A DNA stretch of 64,000 bases from NCBI GenBank assembly GCA_010356995.1, contig ML996692.1, forward strand, positions 1,189,933-1,253,932, given 5' to 3'. The notes beneath the pieces are model-generated. The model was not told where the DNA came from and searched no databases. It saw only the letters and a list, made by a program, of their open reading frames with translations. Positions 37,572 to 49,522 of this stretch are shown here, piece by piece. The translations under genes were made by a program, and so were the position numbers. Within the stretch, counting starts at the first letter, position 1, and each line of letters begins with the position of its first letter. The DNA comes from Trichodelitschia bisporula. Its lineage: Eukaryota.

Positions 37572-38717
37572 ATGATGGGCTTCCCACTGGTGCTTTGTCT
37601 GCTCAACTTTGCGAGCGTGGTGTTTGCACATGGCTACATCAAATGGGTCGGCGTAGATAACAAACTGTAAGCCTCATGATATGATGCTGCATAAGACACT
37701 AAACTAGTTAGATGGCCCGGATTTAACCCGTAAGCGGCTCACTCACCTCAGGTACGACCCTAACGTACGTAGGCACGTAGACGCTGCTATCAAGGCGAAG
37801 CGCATCTCCTTCGGACAGAGCTACAGCAACCACCCACGCTATGCACCCGACAATGTGCTCCGTTCGGACATCGCCTGCGGATCCCACAACGTGCCGGCAG
37901 GCGCTCAAGCACCCGCACGAGCTGGGAGCAACATCACCTTCGGCTGGTCGACATGGCCAATAACGCACAACGGACCCATCATGACGTACATGGGCCGGTA
38001 CTCGGGAGATGTTGCCAACGTCAACGTCAACGAAATTGAGTTCTTCAAGATTGGCGAGCTCGGCCTGCTGCCGGACAACGTGACCTGGGCCACCAATGTC
38101 CTTACGGCTAACGACAACGTGACGTCGGCGACGATTCCGCATGATATCATCCCGGGAAATTACATCGTTCGTCATGAGCTCATTACGCTCCACTTTGCGA
38201 CGGAGGACAGTCGGTATTATGATGCGGCGGCCAAAGCCAAGGGCGCGCAGGTGAGCGATTGTTCGATGCCAGCAAGGAGCCTGACTGATGCTGTTAGCAC
38301 TTCATTACTTGCTTCAACATCAAAGTGACAGGCAGCGGGAAGGTTCAGCCACCCGGAGTCAAGTTCCCAGGGGGATACAAGCCAAGAGATCCGGGTATCT
38401 ACTTCGACTTGTATCGCAACATCACACCATATCCGATTCCCGGACCGCCAGTGTACAAGCCATCGGGACCGGCGCCAGTTCTCGAAGACAAGCCGTACGA
38501 AATCGTCATGCCGGTCGGCAACTTGGTCGAGGACATCAAGTACTTCAACAACATGTACTACCAGGCGTGGAAGTGGGACGGGCAGACATATAAGCGGAAC
38601 TACGACGCGATTCATGGATGGGAGGACGGACCGAACAAGAATCTTACGCGCGCCTGCACCGCTGCGGATCCTTGTCTGGAGGACATCGGAGGAAGTAATC
38701 CGTCATATGGACTTTAA
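37572..38717 (+). CDS. AA9 (GH61) lytic polysaccharide monooxygenase
   Basis: Signal peptide followed by N-terminal His (HGYIK); WPITHNGP; PGNYIVRHELITLH; GAQ; YPIPGP. Introns 37667-37711, 37730-37772 and 38251-38297. Confidence 0.92.
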
Positions 38718-40446
38718 CCGCTAATGATGTGGGGTGGCAAGGTGTCGTAAGGATTAAATGAAGATTTTTTTCTGTACCGGATATATCGGCGTGACTGTAC
38801 TGAACAGTGTTAATGCTATTCATCATATGGGAATAGGATCGCACCTGGCGATGACCCCAGACATACCAGACAGTCTGGAAGTCTGACGAGGCATCTCGTT
38901 CTTTTCTGGGATCGGGCACTTTCGGCCAGCGGCAAGGCGGACTTCTCAAGCAAGGTTGCTGTCTCATATCGAGCGGCGCGCCTCACCTTTTGCCTTTCCA
39001 ACCCATTTGTTACATGGTACATAACTGATTTTAGGAAAGCCAGCCAACTTGGAACAAGGAATGAATGTTGTGTGGGTCACAGTGTGTAGGATGTTGGCGG
39101 CACTTGCACCAAGACTGATGCGATAAGATAAGATGATAAGATAAGATCTTTGCATCAGACGCTTTGCTTTTGCCAGATCGCAACTCCCGAAGTTGCGGCT
39201 TCTCTTCTCAATTCACCTCGGAGGGCTGGTGTCCCTTGTGTCTACCTTTGCTCTCCACATACTCAACTCATTTTTCTAATCCATTCGTAATGCCATCATT
39301 GGCAAGTTATCAAATTCGAGCTCACCAAGACTCTGGGCAGGCTAGTGACTAAACTCACCCAGGGTGAGAATTTATCCCGATCCCAGTGGATCTCGTCACG
39401 TAAATCCCGTTCGCCCAACGGGACACCCGGATCTATTCAAGTGGGGCAGGAAGAATACATGGGAGGTCTGCCAGAAACGATGGTGGGGACCGGATTTTAC
39501 TGTTGCTTCTCGGCCCTCAATCGGGCACCATTTGATCACTCTCTGCTACTCCGTATCCGTGCAGTTTCTACGGCGATCGAGGACCTCAAGAACTGCGGGT
39601 ATAGAGGCAGCCGGAGATCTCAACCTTGCCTCTGGTAGCAACCGATGTTGAAGTACAGTAGAAGCGCAGCCTTGCGTCTTACAACGTAGAACCGCCAAGA
39701 GCATCAACCATTCGATGAGCACCGTGACGGCTGCCTGCTTCATTGGCACAAACCTCAGTCCCTTCCCTATGCTCCTTGAGCGGGAAAATGGTATCCAGTA
39801 CTCATAGGAAATACGTATAACAGTTTCGGACGGGTTTGAGTCATTTCCGGGAGCTGGAGTCCATGTAAGTGCCTTACTCAGAAGAACAGACGTCTAAACC
39901 GTGGAAGCAACGCTTGAAGGTCGAGTTTTCAGCCCTCAATACAGAGGCATAGGGTGTTAGGCTGGCGTGGAAGGTGAGAAGGCGAGAAGCAGGAACTCAT
40001 CGTAGATGACGTCCGATGTTGTGCTTTTGTCCCCATGTAAGTTCAAGGAGCACTCTTTACGGGCACTTGGACATCGGTGGAAAGACTGGGGCTTCGACAC
40101 CAATGCCATGCTTCCACGTCTGTTCAGTTGATCTCGATGTGTCGTCTCTGTTGTCGCCTTGTCAGTTCACCCCAAGCGAGGCGGACTCTTTGCGCCACCT
40201 TGGCACACACAGCCACTCTTGAAGGCGGGCTATTGGTGGGGCAGTTTTCTAACGCTTGGCAACCGGTTGCACAGGCGACGAGGGGCAAGGGAAAAAAGTC
40301 GTCGCCGGGTTAAGGGTGAGGATTGAGCGAGGGTTGGGCGAGAGAAGAGCGAAAAGAGAAGCAACGACTTCTATATTTCTTGGCGGAACACGACGTTGTC
40401 TTGACAGTAGGTCGCTTGATTGGCCAGCGAGAGGTGTGGGCGGAAT

Positions 40447-40491
40447 GGAAATGTGACGAACGTTCTAGTGGTCCAGCGAATTTTATCGAAA
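40447..40491 (+). promoter_or_regulatory. Heat-shock element (phased nGAAn units) upstream of hsp88
   Basis: nGAAn at 40447, 40457, 40477 and 40487 in 10-bp phase, with nTTCn at 40462; about 260 bp upstream of the ATG. Confidence 0.6.
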
Positions 40492-40752
40492 AAACAGCCT
40501 CAGGAAGAGAGTGGAGAGAACCTTGACGCTCCCGCTGCCCGGAAGAAGTGACACCACACATCTAAAGGCAACCACCCCGTACAAAACTCGCATTTACACA
40601 TTTCACATACCCCAACCACACCCTCGATTTCTCGCCGTCATCAACATTACCCACACCCCGACTATCGCAACTCTCGGTCTCTCAGTTGCCTCTCCCCGTC
40701 ACCCCTACGCAAGAACCGACCTTTACAGCATCGTCCCCCACCGAGCGTTAAC

Positions 40753-43373
40753 ATGACGACAGTCGTTGGCTGTGACTTTGGTTCCCTCAACACCGTTATC
40801 GCGGTCGCGAGGAACCGTGGTGTCGATGTAGTATGTTCTACAGCCCCCCCCCACTCCGATGTCCCTACGCACAAAGTATCTCGAGGTTTTCTTCATGTGG
40901 GCGGGGCGTGGCTCGCACGTTCACCCCGCCGTTGCCCCGCCATGTTTGACTTTTACCTCTTGCTACCCCACCACCACTCTGACTTTGAAGTTGCAGTACG
41001 CTGACAGATACATCTAGATCACCAACGAGGTTTCTAACCGTGCAACTCCGTACGTTATCGCGTTCCTCCCACTTTGTCGCCTCCATCTAACACGAAACCA
41101 GTTCTCTCGTGGGTTTCGGACCCAAACGTCGATACATCGGCGAAGCTGCAAAGACGCAAGAGATTTCCAATCTCAAGAACACCGTTGGTTTCTTGACTCG
41201 GTTAGCCGGCCGCTCTATCAAGGATCCGGACATAGCGATCGAGCAGGACTTCATCGCGGCGCCGCTTATCGACATCAATGGCCAGGTCGGTGTCGAGGTG
41301 TCGTACCTGGGCAAGAAGGAGCAGTTTACTGCTGTTCAGCTCATGGCTATGTACTTCACTCGCATCAAGGATACTGCCGCTGCCGAGCTGAGGGCTCCAG
41401 TGTCAGACATTGTTGTGAGCGTTCCGGCCTGGTACACCGATGCACAGCGCCGTGGCATGCTTGATGCTGCTGAGATCGCGGGCCTGAAGCTGCTTCGTCT
41501 CATCAACGACACTACTGCCGTTGCGCTCGGCTACGGTATCACCAAGACGGAGCTGCCCGGTCCTGAGGAGAAGCCCCGCCGCGTTGTGTTCGTTGATATC
41601 GGTCACAGCAATTACACGTGCACGGTTGTCGAGCTCCGCAAGGGTGAGCTGACCGTCAAGGCTACTGCGTGCGACCGCCACTTTGGTGGGCGCAACTTCG
41701 ACAAAGCTCTTGTTGACCACTTCGCTCGGGAGTTCAAGGAGAAGTACAAGATCGACATCAACGAGAACCCCAAGGCTCGGTTCCGCGTTCTTGCTGCTTG
41801 CGAGAAGCTCAAGAAAGTTCTTTCGGCCAACGCGTCGGCGCCTCTCAATATCGAGTCGCTGATGAACGATGTCGACGTTCGTTCGTTCCTCAAGCGCGAG
41901 GAGCTCGAAGAGCTTGTGCGTCCGCTCCTGGACCGTGCCACAGTTCCCATCGAGCAAGCTCTCGCCGAGGCCAAGCTCACGCCAGCGGACATTGACGCTG
42001 TCGAGATGGTTGGTGGCTCTACGCGTGTGCCGTCGCTCAAGTCTGCCATCCAGGAATTCTTTGGCAAAACCCTCTCCTTCACCTGCAACCAGGACGAGGC
42101 TGCCGCGCGTGGCTGTGCTTTCAGCTGCGCCATCCTCTCACCCGCCTTCCGTGTCCGCGACTTCTCCGTCCACGATGTCGTCAGCTACCCCATCGAATTC
42201 ACCTGGGAGAAGTCACCTGATATCCCGGATGAGGACACCAGCTTGACCGTGTTCAACAAAGGCAATGTGATGCCGTCTACCAAGATCCTCACGTTCTACC
42301 GGAAGCAGCCTTTCGACCTTGAGGCCAAGTACGCCAAGCCTGAGCTGTTGCCGAGCAAAATGAACCCGTGGATTGGTCGCTTTTCCGTCAAGGGGGTCAA
42401 GGCTGACTCCAAGGATGACTTTATGATCTGCAAGCTCAAGGCGCGGTTGAACCTTCACGGCGTCCTGAACGTCGAGCAGGGCTACTACGTTGAGGAGCAG
42501 GAGATTGAGGAACCCATCCCTGAAGCCAAGGAGGGTGACAAGAAGGACCCTGACGTAAGCTCCCCGTCTCGCACAAACTTACGTAAAGAATCGTACTGTG
42601 AACGGATAAGGGCCAAAGTGGATAGGGCCTTGGAGAGGCTTTGGGTGTGTTGCAGAACAAATGTGCCTCTCGTAGTCGTCTCTGGCGGTGTTTGCTTTTG
42701 ATCTTTTCGTCTTTAAGCGGACTATACTAACATATTTTTTCTAGGCTATGGATACCGACACTAATGGCGACAAGCCGAAGACCCGCAAGGTCAAGAAGCA
42801 GGTCCGCAAGGGCGATCTCCCGCTGTCCGCCGGCACCGCGTCCATGGATCAGGAGGCCAAGCTCGCCTCCATAGAGAAGGAACAGTCGATGTTCATGGAA
42901 GACAAGCTCGTCGCCGACACGGAGGACAAGAAGAACGAGCTTGAGTCCTACATCTACGAGCTACGCGACAAGCTCGAGGACCGGTACGCCGAGTTCGTGA
43001 GCGATGAGGAGAAGGCCAAGATCCGCGAGAAGCTTGAGACTACGGAGGTATGTTGTTCGCTTTCCTACGGCGAGTATCAGAAGCTAACGGGAATTAGGAC
43101 TGGCTCTATGAGGACGGTGAGGACGCCCTCAAGGCGGTCTATATTTCCAAGATCGAGGAGATTCGCGTCGTTGCTGGCCCCGTCGTTCAGCGCTACTTCG
43201 AGAAGCAGGAGGAGGAGCGCCAGGAGCGCCAGCGCAAGATTGATGAGGAGGCGGCGCGCAAGAAGGCTGCTGAGGATGCTAAGAAAGCCGCTGAGGAGGA
43301 AGCGAAGAAGGCGGCTGAGTCTAAGGACGAGGAGATGAAGGACGCGCCTGCGGGTGACGCTGATAAGGCGTAA
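40753..43373 (+). CDS. hsp88: Hsp110-family chaperone / nucleotide exchange factor (Hsp88/Sse1)
   Basis: VVGCDFG, ITNEVSNRATP, DEAAARGCAFSCAILSP, KKNELESYIY; introns about 40831-41018, 41049-41101, 42556-42744 and 43049-43098. Confidence 0.96.
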
Positions 43374-43679
43374 ACGTGACTTTGTCGTCAAACGCTGGGC
43401 TTAGATGTTGGCTATTCATGGGGCTGAGATTTTCTCGTTTGTGTGGAATGATGATGGGCGTGTTGATTCCGTTGTCCCCAGTCTGTTTGCGTGTGGTGGT
43501 TGACGGGGGGTCTGGCATTGTTTTTCATGACGTTGAAGGAAAATGCGCCTGCGATAGACTCCATTCCCATAGAATGAGCGGTGGGGGCGGGGGTGTACCT
43601 TGCTTCTTGAACTTGCATCAGATATTCTCAGGCAATGAATGGTAGAACGGATACGAGTCTTGTGCATTAAATTATTCCC

Positions 43680-45991
43680 TCATTTCTTTTCATCCGGTAT
43701 GAAGCGTTCTTCACCCTCATCATACTCTTCCTCACTCACTCTCCCGTCTCTCCGGAGACGAACCTCCCCTCGCTCAAACTGCCTAAGCTTATCATCCACG
43801 CGAAAGCGCGCCCACCACTCCTCCTCCGACACCATCGCCGCGCTCTGCGCCGCCTGCCTCGCCATCTCTACCGCCCTCTCCAACTTCCTCTTCGTCGTAT
43901 CTGCCGCCTTCTCTGCCTTGCCAGCCTTCCTCCTCTCCACAGCGCCCGACTTCACCGCCCCAGCCTCAAGCTCGGTACCTGAATCTCCTGCCTCCCCCGC
44001 CAATGGCCCAACCCTAACCCCCCCCAACCCCAGCTTCCCCTCCATCTTCTTCCCCCTCTCCACCTTCCTCCTCGCCACCGCCGCCTTCTTCACCAGCCCC
44101 TTCGCCCCAAACTTAAGTTTGGTAATCAAATCCCCCGCCTCGCCCATCGTCAAGCCCTTCAGCTTAACCCCCTCCTCCGCCTTAAGTAATCCCGCAAGCA
44201 ACGCCATCTGCGCCTCCGACGCGGGCCTCCCACGCCGCTGCCTCCGCCAGTCAAGTATATACCTCGGAAACCGCCCATGAGCATATGCATCCGCAGCCGC
44301 AAGTGCAGCCTGCAGCGAAGGCGCGTCCGCAATCAAATGTGGCCTTGCATAGGGCACGCGAGCCTCTTTATGTGGGCCCGGGGCGTGGGGCCGGAGTTTG
44401 AGCACGTGGCACACGCGGTACATGGGTGCGGAGGTGGAGGCGGAGGTGGAGGGGTCGCGGTTCACGGAGAGATAGTCCCCGCTCTGCGTGGTTAGGATGA
44501 ACCGCGACGAGTTGACCTGGACCCAGGCGTGCGGACTCAGACTGCGGAGCTTGCGATCCGGGCGCCGGTCCGCTAGGAGGGCGGAGAGGGAGGGGTAGTC
44601 CGTGAACGCGAGATGGCCGTCCAGCGCCTCCTCCGCGGCCTGAGCCTCCGCGGCCTGCGCCTCCGCGACCTGTGCCTGGAGTTGCGCAGGCGAGGCAGCG
44701 GTGAGGCGGAGGTTGGGCTCGAGGCCGAAGAGGGTGGGCACGCTGACGACGCCGGTTGCGAGCGCAGCGACCATGTCTATGACGTGGCAGTCGCGTTTTT
44801 CTGGGTGCAGGCGCAGGCCGCGGCCGAGCATTTGGGTGAGAAGGTTGCGGGAGCGCGTGGGGCGGGCGAGGAGGATGCAGTCTATGCCTGGGATGTCGGT
44901 GCCTTCGGTGAAGATGGCGCAGTTGAGGAGGAGCGGGAACTCGCGGTTGCGGAAGGCGGCGAGTAAGGCGGCGCGCTCGGGGGCGGGGGTGGAGGAGGTT
45001 ATGTAGCGGGCGTCGAGGTTGTGGGCCCTAAAGGCGGCGGTGAGGGAGCGGACGTGGGTGGTATCGATGCAGAAGACTAGTGTGGAGAGGCGGGTGGAGG
45101 CGCGCGTGAGCCAGGCGTGGACGGTGGCTTCGTTGTTTGCTGGGGTGTTTATTGCGCGGGATAGGGCGGGGGTTGCGAAGTCCCCGCTTGAGGTGGTGGG
45201 GAGGGATCGGAGGTCGGCACGCAGCTCGACGGTGGTGAAGAGCACCTCGGCTAGCCACTTGTCGTTTATCATCTCAATGTAGTCTTTGTGGTAGACTATG
45301 TGGTCGATTACGGAGCCGAGTTTTAGGCCGTCGGAGCGGGAGAATGTCGCGGATACACCTAGTAGGGCGGGCGATTCAACTTCCAGATGGCGGAGGTTGA
45401 AGTGTTTGAGTACATTCAGGTAGCGCGGCGCCACAATGTGGTGGGCTTCGTCGACGAGAACTAGTTTGAAGCGTGAGGGGTTGAATTTTAAGATCCGGTC
45501 GCGGGAGGTTATGCTCTGCAATGAGGCGACGGTTATGTCGGCAAGGCCGGAGGCGCGGGATTTGCCTAGCTCGATTTCGATGCTCTTGTTTGGGTATGCT
45601 TTTGCGCAGTGCTTGTATGCCTGGTCGACTAGTTCCTGGCGGTGGGCGAGGATGAGTGTTCGTGTTCGGTCGCCTGTCGATGGGATGCGATCTATCAGTT
45701 GTGTGAATATGACCTGCAGAACCGTTAGTCTCTCCAGACATGCTGGATACTAGCACGAACAGTTTTCCCGCTTCCGGTAGCCAGAGATATTCCCAGCCGT
45801 TTGTGCCCTTGCTTAAGGTGGTCCAGGACGGCGGTTATGCAGTCTTCTTGGTAGGGTCTGAGCTGGATCTTGGATGCATCCAGCAGACCTGCCGTTTGGT
45901 CGGAGATGGCTGTGGTATGCCGCCGGGAGAAGAGTAGAGGCATGCATCGTGCGTAGAGTCGGAGCTGTCGCGGTAACCGGGCAAAGGTCAT
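43680..45991 (-). CDS. irc3: SF2 DEAH helicase, Irc3-like (mitochondrial)
   Basis: [35 protein letters not shown]; Arg-rich presequence; intron 45714-45760. Confidence 0.85.
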
Positions 45992-46326
45992 GGGCGTTGA
46001 TGGTGCCAGTTCGCATGCTGCCAATAGGTTCCGAGCAGCCAGTGAGCGCAGCTAAAGAAAATGAGTTCGGGAAGAAGTATTTAGGGAGATATTCGGTGCG
46101 ACAGGTTGATAGGTGTCTGGGGTGGTCTTGATCTGACGTTGAAGTTTGCGCCACAGAAGGAAAGATACGTGCATGGGGAAATATAAGTGGCGGTGCTGGT
46201 TCATTCTTTGCTTGACCTTCGACATGGAACTCTGAAGTTCTTGAAACAATTGTTTCCCTCTGAAATCTCCAACTAGAAGACACTAACAGCTTTCACGCTG
46301 CATCGAAATGCTCCAGTTTGCCCACC

Positions 46327-48579
46327 ATGGACCCCGAAAGCGGCGTAGAAGAGTTCGCTACAGAAACAGGCATCTCTAGTTCCACCGACACCCAGCAAGT
46401 GCCCCGTGAAGCGAACAAGGCGAACGAACGGAACATGTTGCAGAATCCGGACCCTCCGCCAAAAACATCCAGGAAGCGCCGCCGCTCTTCCTCCGGAATA
46501 TCCACCCGGGAGTACAACAAAAAGTCCCGCCAGCTCCGCGGCGCCTACAGCGACGAATACCGCCAGCTCTTCAACTCCACTCTCGCCGACGCCCAAGACC
46601 CCCTCAGCTCTAACCGCCACGGCACTCTCCACACCTCCCAAATCGGCCTCACAATCTGGACATCAGATGAAAAACACGTATTCTTCGCCGCTCTAACGCG
46701 CTACGGCCGCGATGACATCCCGCAAATCGCCGCCGCGGTCGGAAAGTCCCAACTCGAGGTCCGGGACTATATAATGCACTTGCACGACGGCTTCACGGAG
46801 TACAATTATTTGCATTATGATGAGTTGGGCGATCCGGTGGGTGCTATGCAGGCGGCGGCGGAGATTGGTGAGGAGTGTGTGGGGATGCTGGAGGGGGCGG
46901 CGGAGGCGTTGGCTTGGTATCAGGATACGTGGGAGGGGAAGAGGGAGAGGGAGAGGTGGGGGGAGGTTTGGATGCTGGATGGGGGGGTTGCGGTGGGGAT
47001 TGAGGAGGAGATTGATACGCTGCGGGATGAAGAGGATGACGATTCTGACTCGGATTCCGAGTCCTCAGACTCTGCCACCCGCCCGAAGTCCAAATCCGAT
47101 CTCGGCTACGGCCCGCCGGACTCAAACGCCGGTCCTGCGACAGCTCCAGGCGCTGAATCTAGCTCGTCCACGAAAACGCTCAATCCCCAAAAACCACCCA
47201 CGCCGCTCCTAGACGCCATCCCTGCCGCCTCACTCCTCAATCTCTCGACCCTCCTGCGCCTCTCCTCCTCCGTCTTCATGAACTCCACCGACCCAGATCA
47301 CCAATGGACCACCTACTCCCCGCACCCCCCCTCAATCCGCGCAACCGCCCTCACCGACCTCGCAACCCTCATCCGCTCCCTAACAACCCGCCTCGTCTCC
47401 GCCACCCTCTTCCAAGCGCAATCCCGCCTGCGCGCTACAGAGCGCCTCGGCCGGAAATGGCAGCACGTGCCCGCGGTCATTACGCGCGACGTGCACACGG
47501 CCATTGCGATTCTGGGGGAGAAGGAAGATGCGAAGGCGTTTTGGGCGGGCTTGCCCGGGCGATTGGAGGCGGACTGGTGGTTTCGCTTGCCGGGGAATAG
47601 GAGGAGGGGGGTTAGGGTTAGCCGGGAGCGGGCGAGAGAATTACTGGCACGGCCGTGTACGAAGCGGAGTTTTGCTGAGGGGGTGGAGGAGGAGGACGAG
47701 GACGAGTTCTCCGCGCACGAAGACGATGCAGAGTTGGAGGAGGAGGAAGAAAGGGGGGACGAAAGCATCGACGAAGCAACCCGCGAATCCTTCTTCTCCT
47801 CAGCGCACACAGCCTTCACCGCGCACCGCCTCCGCTCCCTCCCCACACTCCTCGAGAAAGAAGAAGCTTTCGACGCGTATCTCGAAGCGTTAGATGCTCA
47901 AACTAGCCGTGCCGAGGAGCGCGCGTTGTGGGATGTGCTAGGCCGGGATGGACCGGAGGGGTTGTATGGGGAGGAGGGTGGGGTTGAGAGTGGGGTTGAG
48001 ATGATGAGGGGCAGGGCGGGGGAGAGGGTCGATTGGCGGTGGGGTGTTAGGGGGGNNNNNNNNNNNNNNNNNNNNNNNNNNNNNNNNNNNNNNNNNNNNN
48101 NNNNNGTGGATTTTAGGGCGGAGGGGAGTGAGGTGGAGTTGCCGTTCCGGCGGGGGGTGGGGGAGCAGCCGATGCGAGCGAGGCGTCGGGGGGATGAGGA
48201 GGGGGGTGCTAGCGATGAGGAGATGGCGAGCGAGGAGGGCGAGGCGGGGCCGATGGGTATTGGGAAGGACATCGTAGGCGGGAAGCAGAAGGCCAAGGGG
48301 AAGAAGCCTATCCGAGCCAGGCGCCGGAGTGACGACGAGGGGGATGTTAGTGATGAAGTGACGGCGAGTGACGAGAGCTCAGCGGGACCGATAAGAGGTG
48401 GGAAGAAGAAGTCCAAAGCGCGCGCTCAGCTACCCGCCCCTCCGCCAAAATCACCACGAGTTTCCCGACGAGCTTCTGTTGCATCACGACTGGCAACTTC
48501 GACCTTGGTCGATGAGGTGGGCGTTCATGGCGGCAGTGAAGAGAGCAGTTCAGACGACTACGCGCCAGGATCAAATTAA
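46327..48579 (+). CDS. rrn5: Myb/SANT-domain protein, Rrn5-like (RNA Pol I upstream activating factor)
   Basis: WTSDEKHVFFAALTRYG..IAAAVGKSQLEVRDYI SANT domain; LSSSVFMN; spans the N gap at 48056-48105, so the C-terminal frame is uncertain. Confidence 0.7.
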   Translation: MDPESGVEEFATETGISSSTDTQQVPREANKANERNMLQNPDPPPKTSRKRRRSSSGISTREYNKKSRQLRGAYSDEYRQLFNSTLADAQDPLSSNRHGTLHTSQIGLTIWTSDEKHVFFAALTRYGRDDIPQIAAAVGKSQLEVRDYIMHLHDGFTEYNYLHYDELGDPVGAMQAAAEIGEECVGMLEGAAEALAWYQDTWEGKRERERWGEVWMLDGGVAVGIEEEIDTLRDEEDDDSDSDSESSDSATRPKSKSDLGYGPPDSNAGPATAPGAESSSSTKTLNPQKPPTPLLDAIPAASLLNLSTLLRLSSSVFMNSTDPDHQWTTYSPHPPSIRATALTDLATLIRSLTTRLVSATLFQAQSRLRATERLGRKWQHVPAVITRDVHTAIAILGEKEDAKAFWAGLPGRLEADWWFRLPGNRRRGVRVSRERARELLARPCTKRSFAEGVEEEDEDEFSAHEDDAELEEEEERGDESIDEATRESFFSSAHTAFTAHRLRSLPTLLEKEEAFDAYLEALDAQTSRAEERALWDVLGRDGPEGLYGEEGGVESGVEMMRGRAGERVDWRWGVRGXXXXXXXXXXXXXXXXXVDFRAEGSEVELPFRRGVGEQPMRARRRGDEEGGASDEEMASEEGEAGPMGIGKDIVGGKQKAKGKKPIRARRRSDDEGDVSDEVTASDESSAGPIRGGKKKSKARAQLPAPPPKSPRVSRRASVASRLATSTLVDEVGVHGGSEESSSDDYAPGSN

Positions 48580-48703
48580 GATACGTGTAAGATAGGGTAA
48601 TAAGTAGGATCCAAAACCCCATACGTCGAACCAACGCTTTTGAATCAATCGCAGAAAAGCCATGTACACATAACACCCATTCCTAAAGCACAACAAGCAA
48701 TTG

Positions 48704-49522
48704 TTAGAGAACCTCGTAACCGCCCAACCCCTCATACTCGTCCTCACTCGCATACCCCTCCTCATCACTGCTCTCATCCTCCCACTCATCCTCATACTCA
48801 TCCCAACCCCCGCCATACCCCATCAACCCCCTCCTCCCCATCGGTGCCCGCATCGGTAACCGCCTAGCCCTCGCAGCCCCCAGCCCCCCCGGTCGCCGAA
48901 AACGCACTCCCGCACCGCCGAGCCCGAATCCGCCCCTCCTCCGGCCCGCAAGCAGCCCGGGCGCGCGAAGACCAAAATCCCTCTCCGGCATCATCATCGG
49001 ACCCCGCGAAGGCGCGCCATACCCCCCGAAACCGTCGTACTCCTCCGGGAACCGCATGTCGCGCATCCGGTCCACCCGGTCCATTCGATCGGGGCCCAGG
49101 CCGAGCCTATCGAAGCGCCCCGCGAGGCCGCCGTACGGGTCGCGCGCGTATGGCGAGTCGAGCCGATCGAGTTGGTTGAATCTGCCGAGGGGCTGGTCGA
49201 AGCGGGAGTATGGGTTCCCAGGGGAGTACGGGTTCCCAGGGTAGCCGGGGGGGCGGGAGGCGAGGAAAGATGACCGATGCGGATAAGCGACTGCGGGGCC
49301 GTGGCCTGGATAACCCCGTGGTTCGGAGAGGCCGGGGGGATTTTGACGCTGGAAGCGTGACCACGTGCCGTCCATGCCTAGCTCCGGGCGTAGACTGAGC
49401 GGATTCGCGCCGGAGGGGAAGGAGGAATAGGGAGTGAGGGCGGAGGAGGAGGTGGAGTAAGGAGCGTAAGGAGAGCAGGGAGAGTAAGGGGAGGCATATT
49501 TGTTGCGATACGACAAGTTCAT
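48704..49522 (-). CDS. Low-complexity Gly/Arg/Pro/Tyr-rich protein with acidic tail
   Basis: 272-aa ATG-initiated ORF with SPY and PGNPYS repeats, R/G/F-rich middle and E/D/Y-rich end. Confidence 0.5.
   Translation of the reverse strand: MNLSYRNKYASPYSPCSPYAPYSTSSSALTPYSSFPSGANPLSLRPELGMDGTWSRFQRQNPPGLSEPRGYPGHGPAVAYPHRSSFLASRPPGYPGNPYSPGNPYSRFDQPLGRFNQLDRLDSPYARDPYGGLAGRFDRLGLGPDRMDRVDRMRDMRFPEEYDGFGGYGAPSRGPMMMPERDFGLRAPGLLAGRRRGGFGLGGAGVRFRRPGGLGAARARRLPMRAPMGRRGLMGYGGGWDEYEDEWEDESSDEEGYASEDEYEGLGGYEVL

Noticed and set aside
39122..39148. GATAA repeat cluster as GATA-factor sites
   Set aside because: Indistinguishable from a simple microsatellite and far from any start codon.
48056..48105. 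Run of N within the Rrn5-like ORF
   Set aside because: Assembly gap, not biology.
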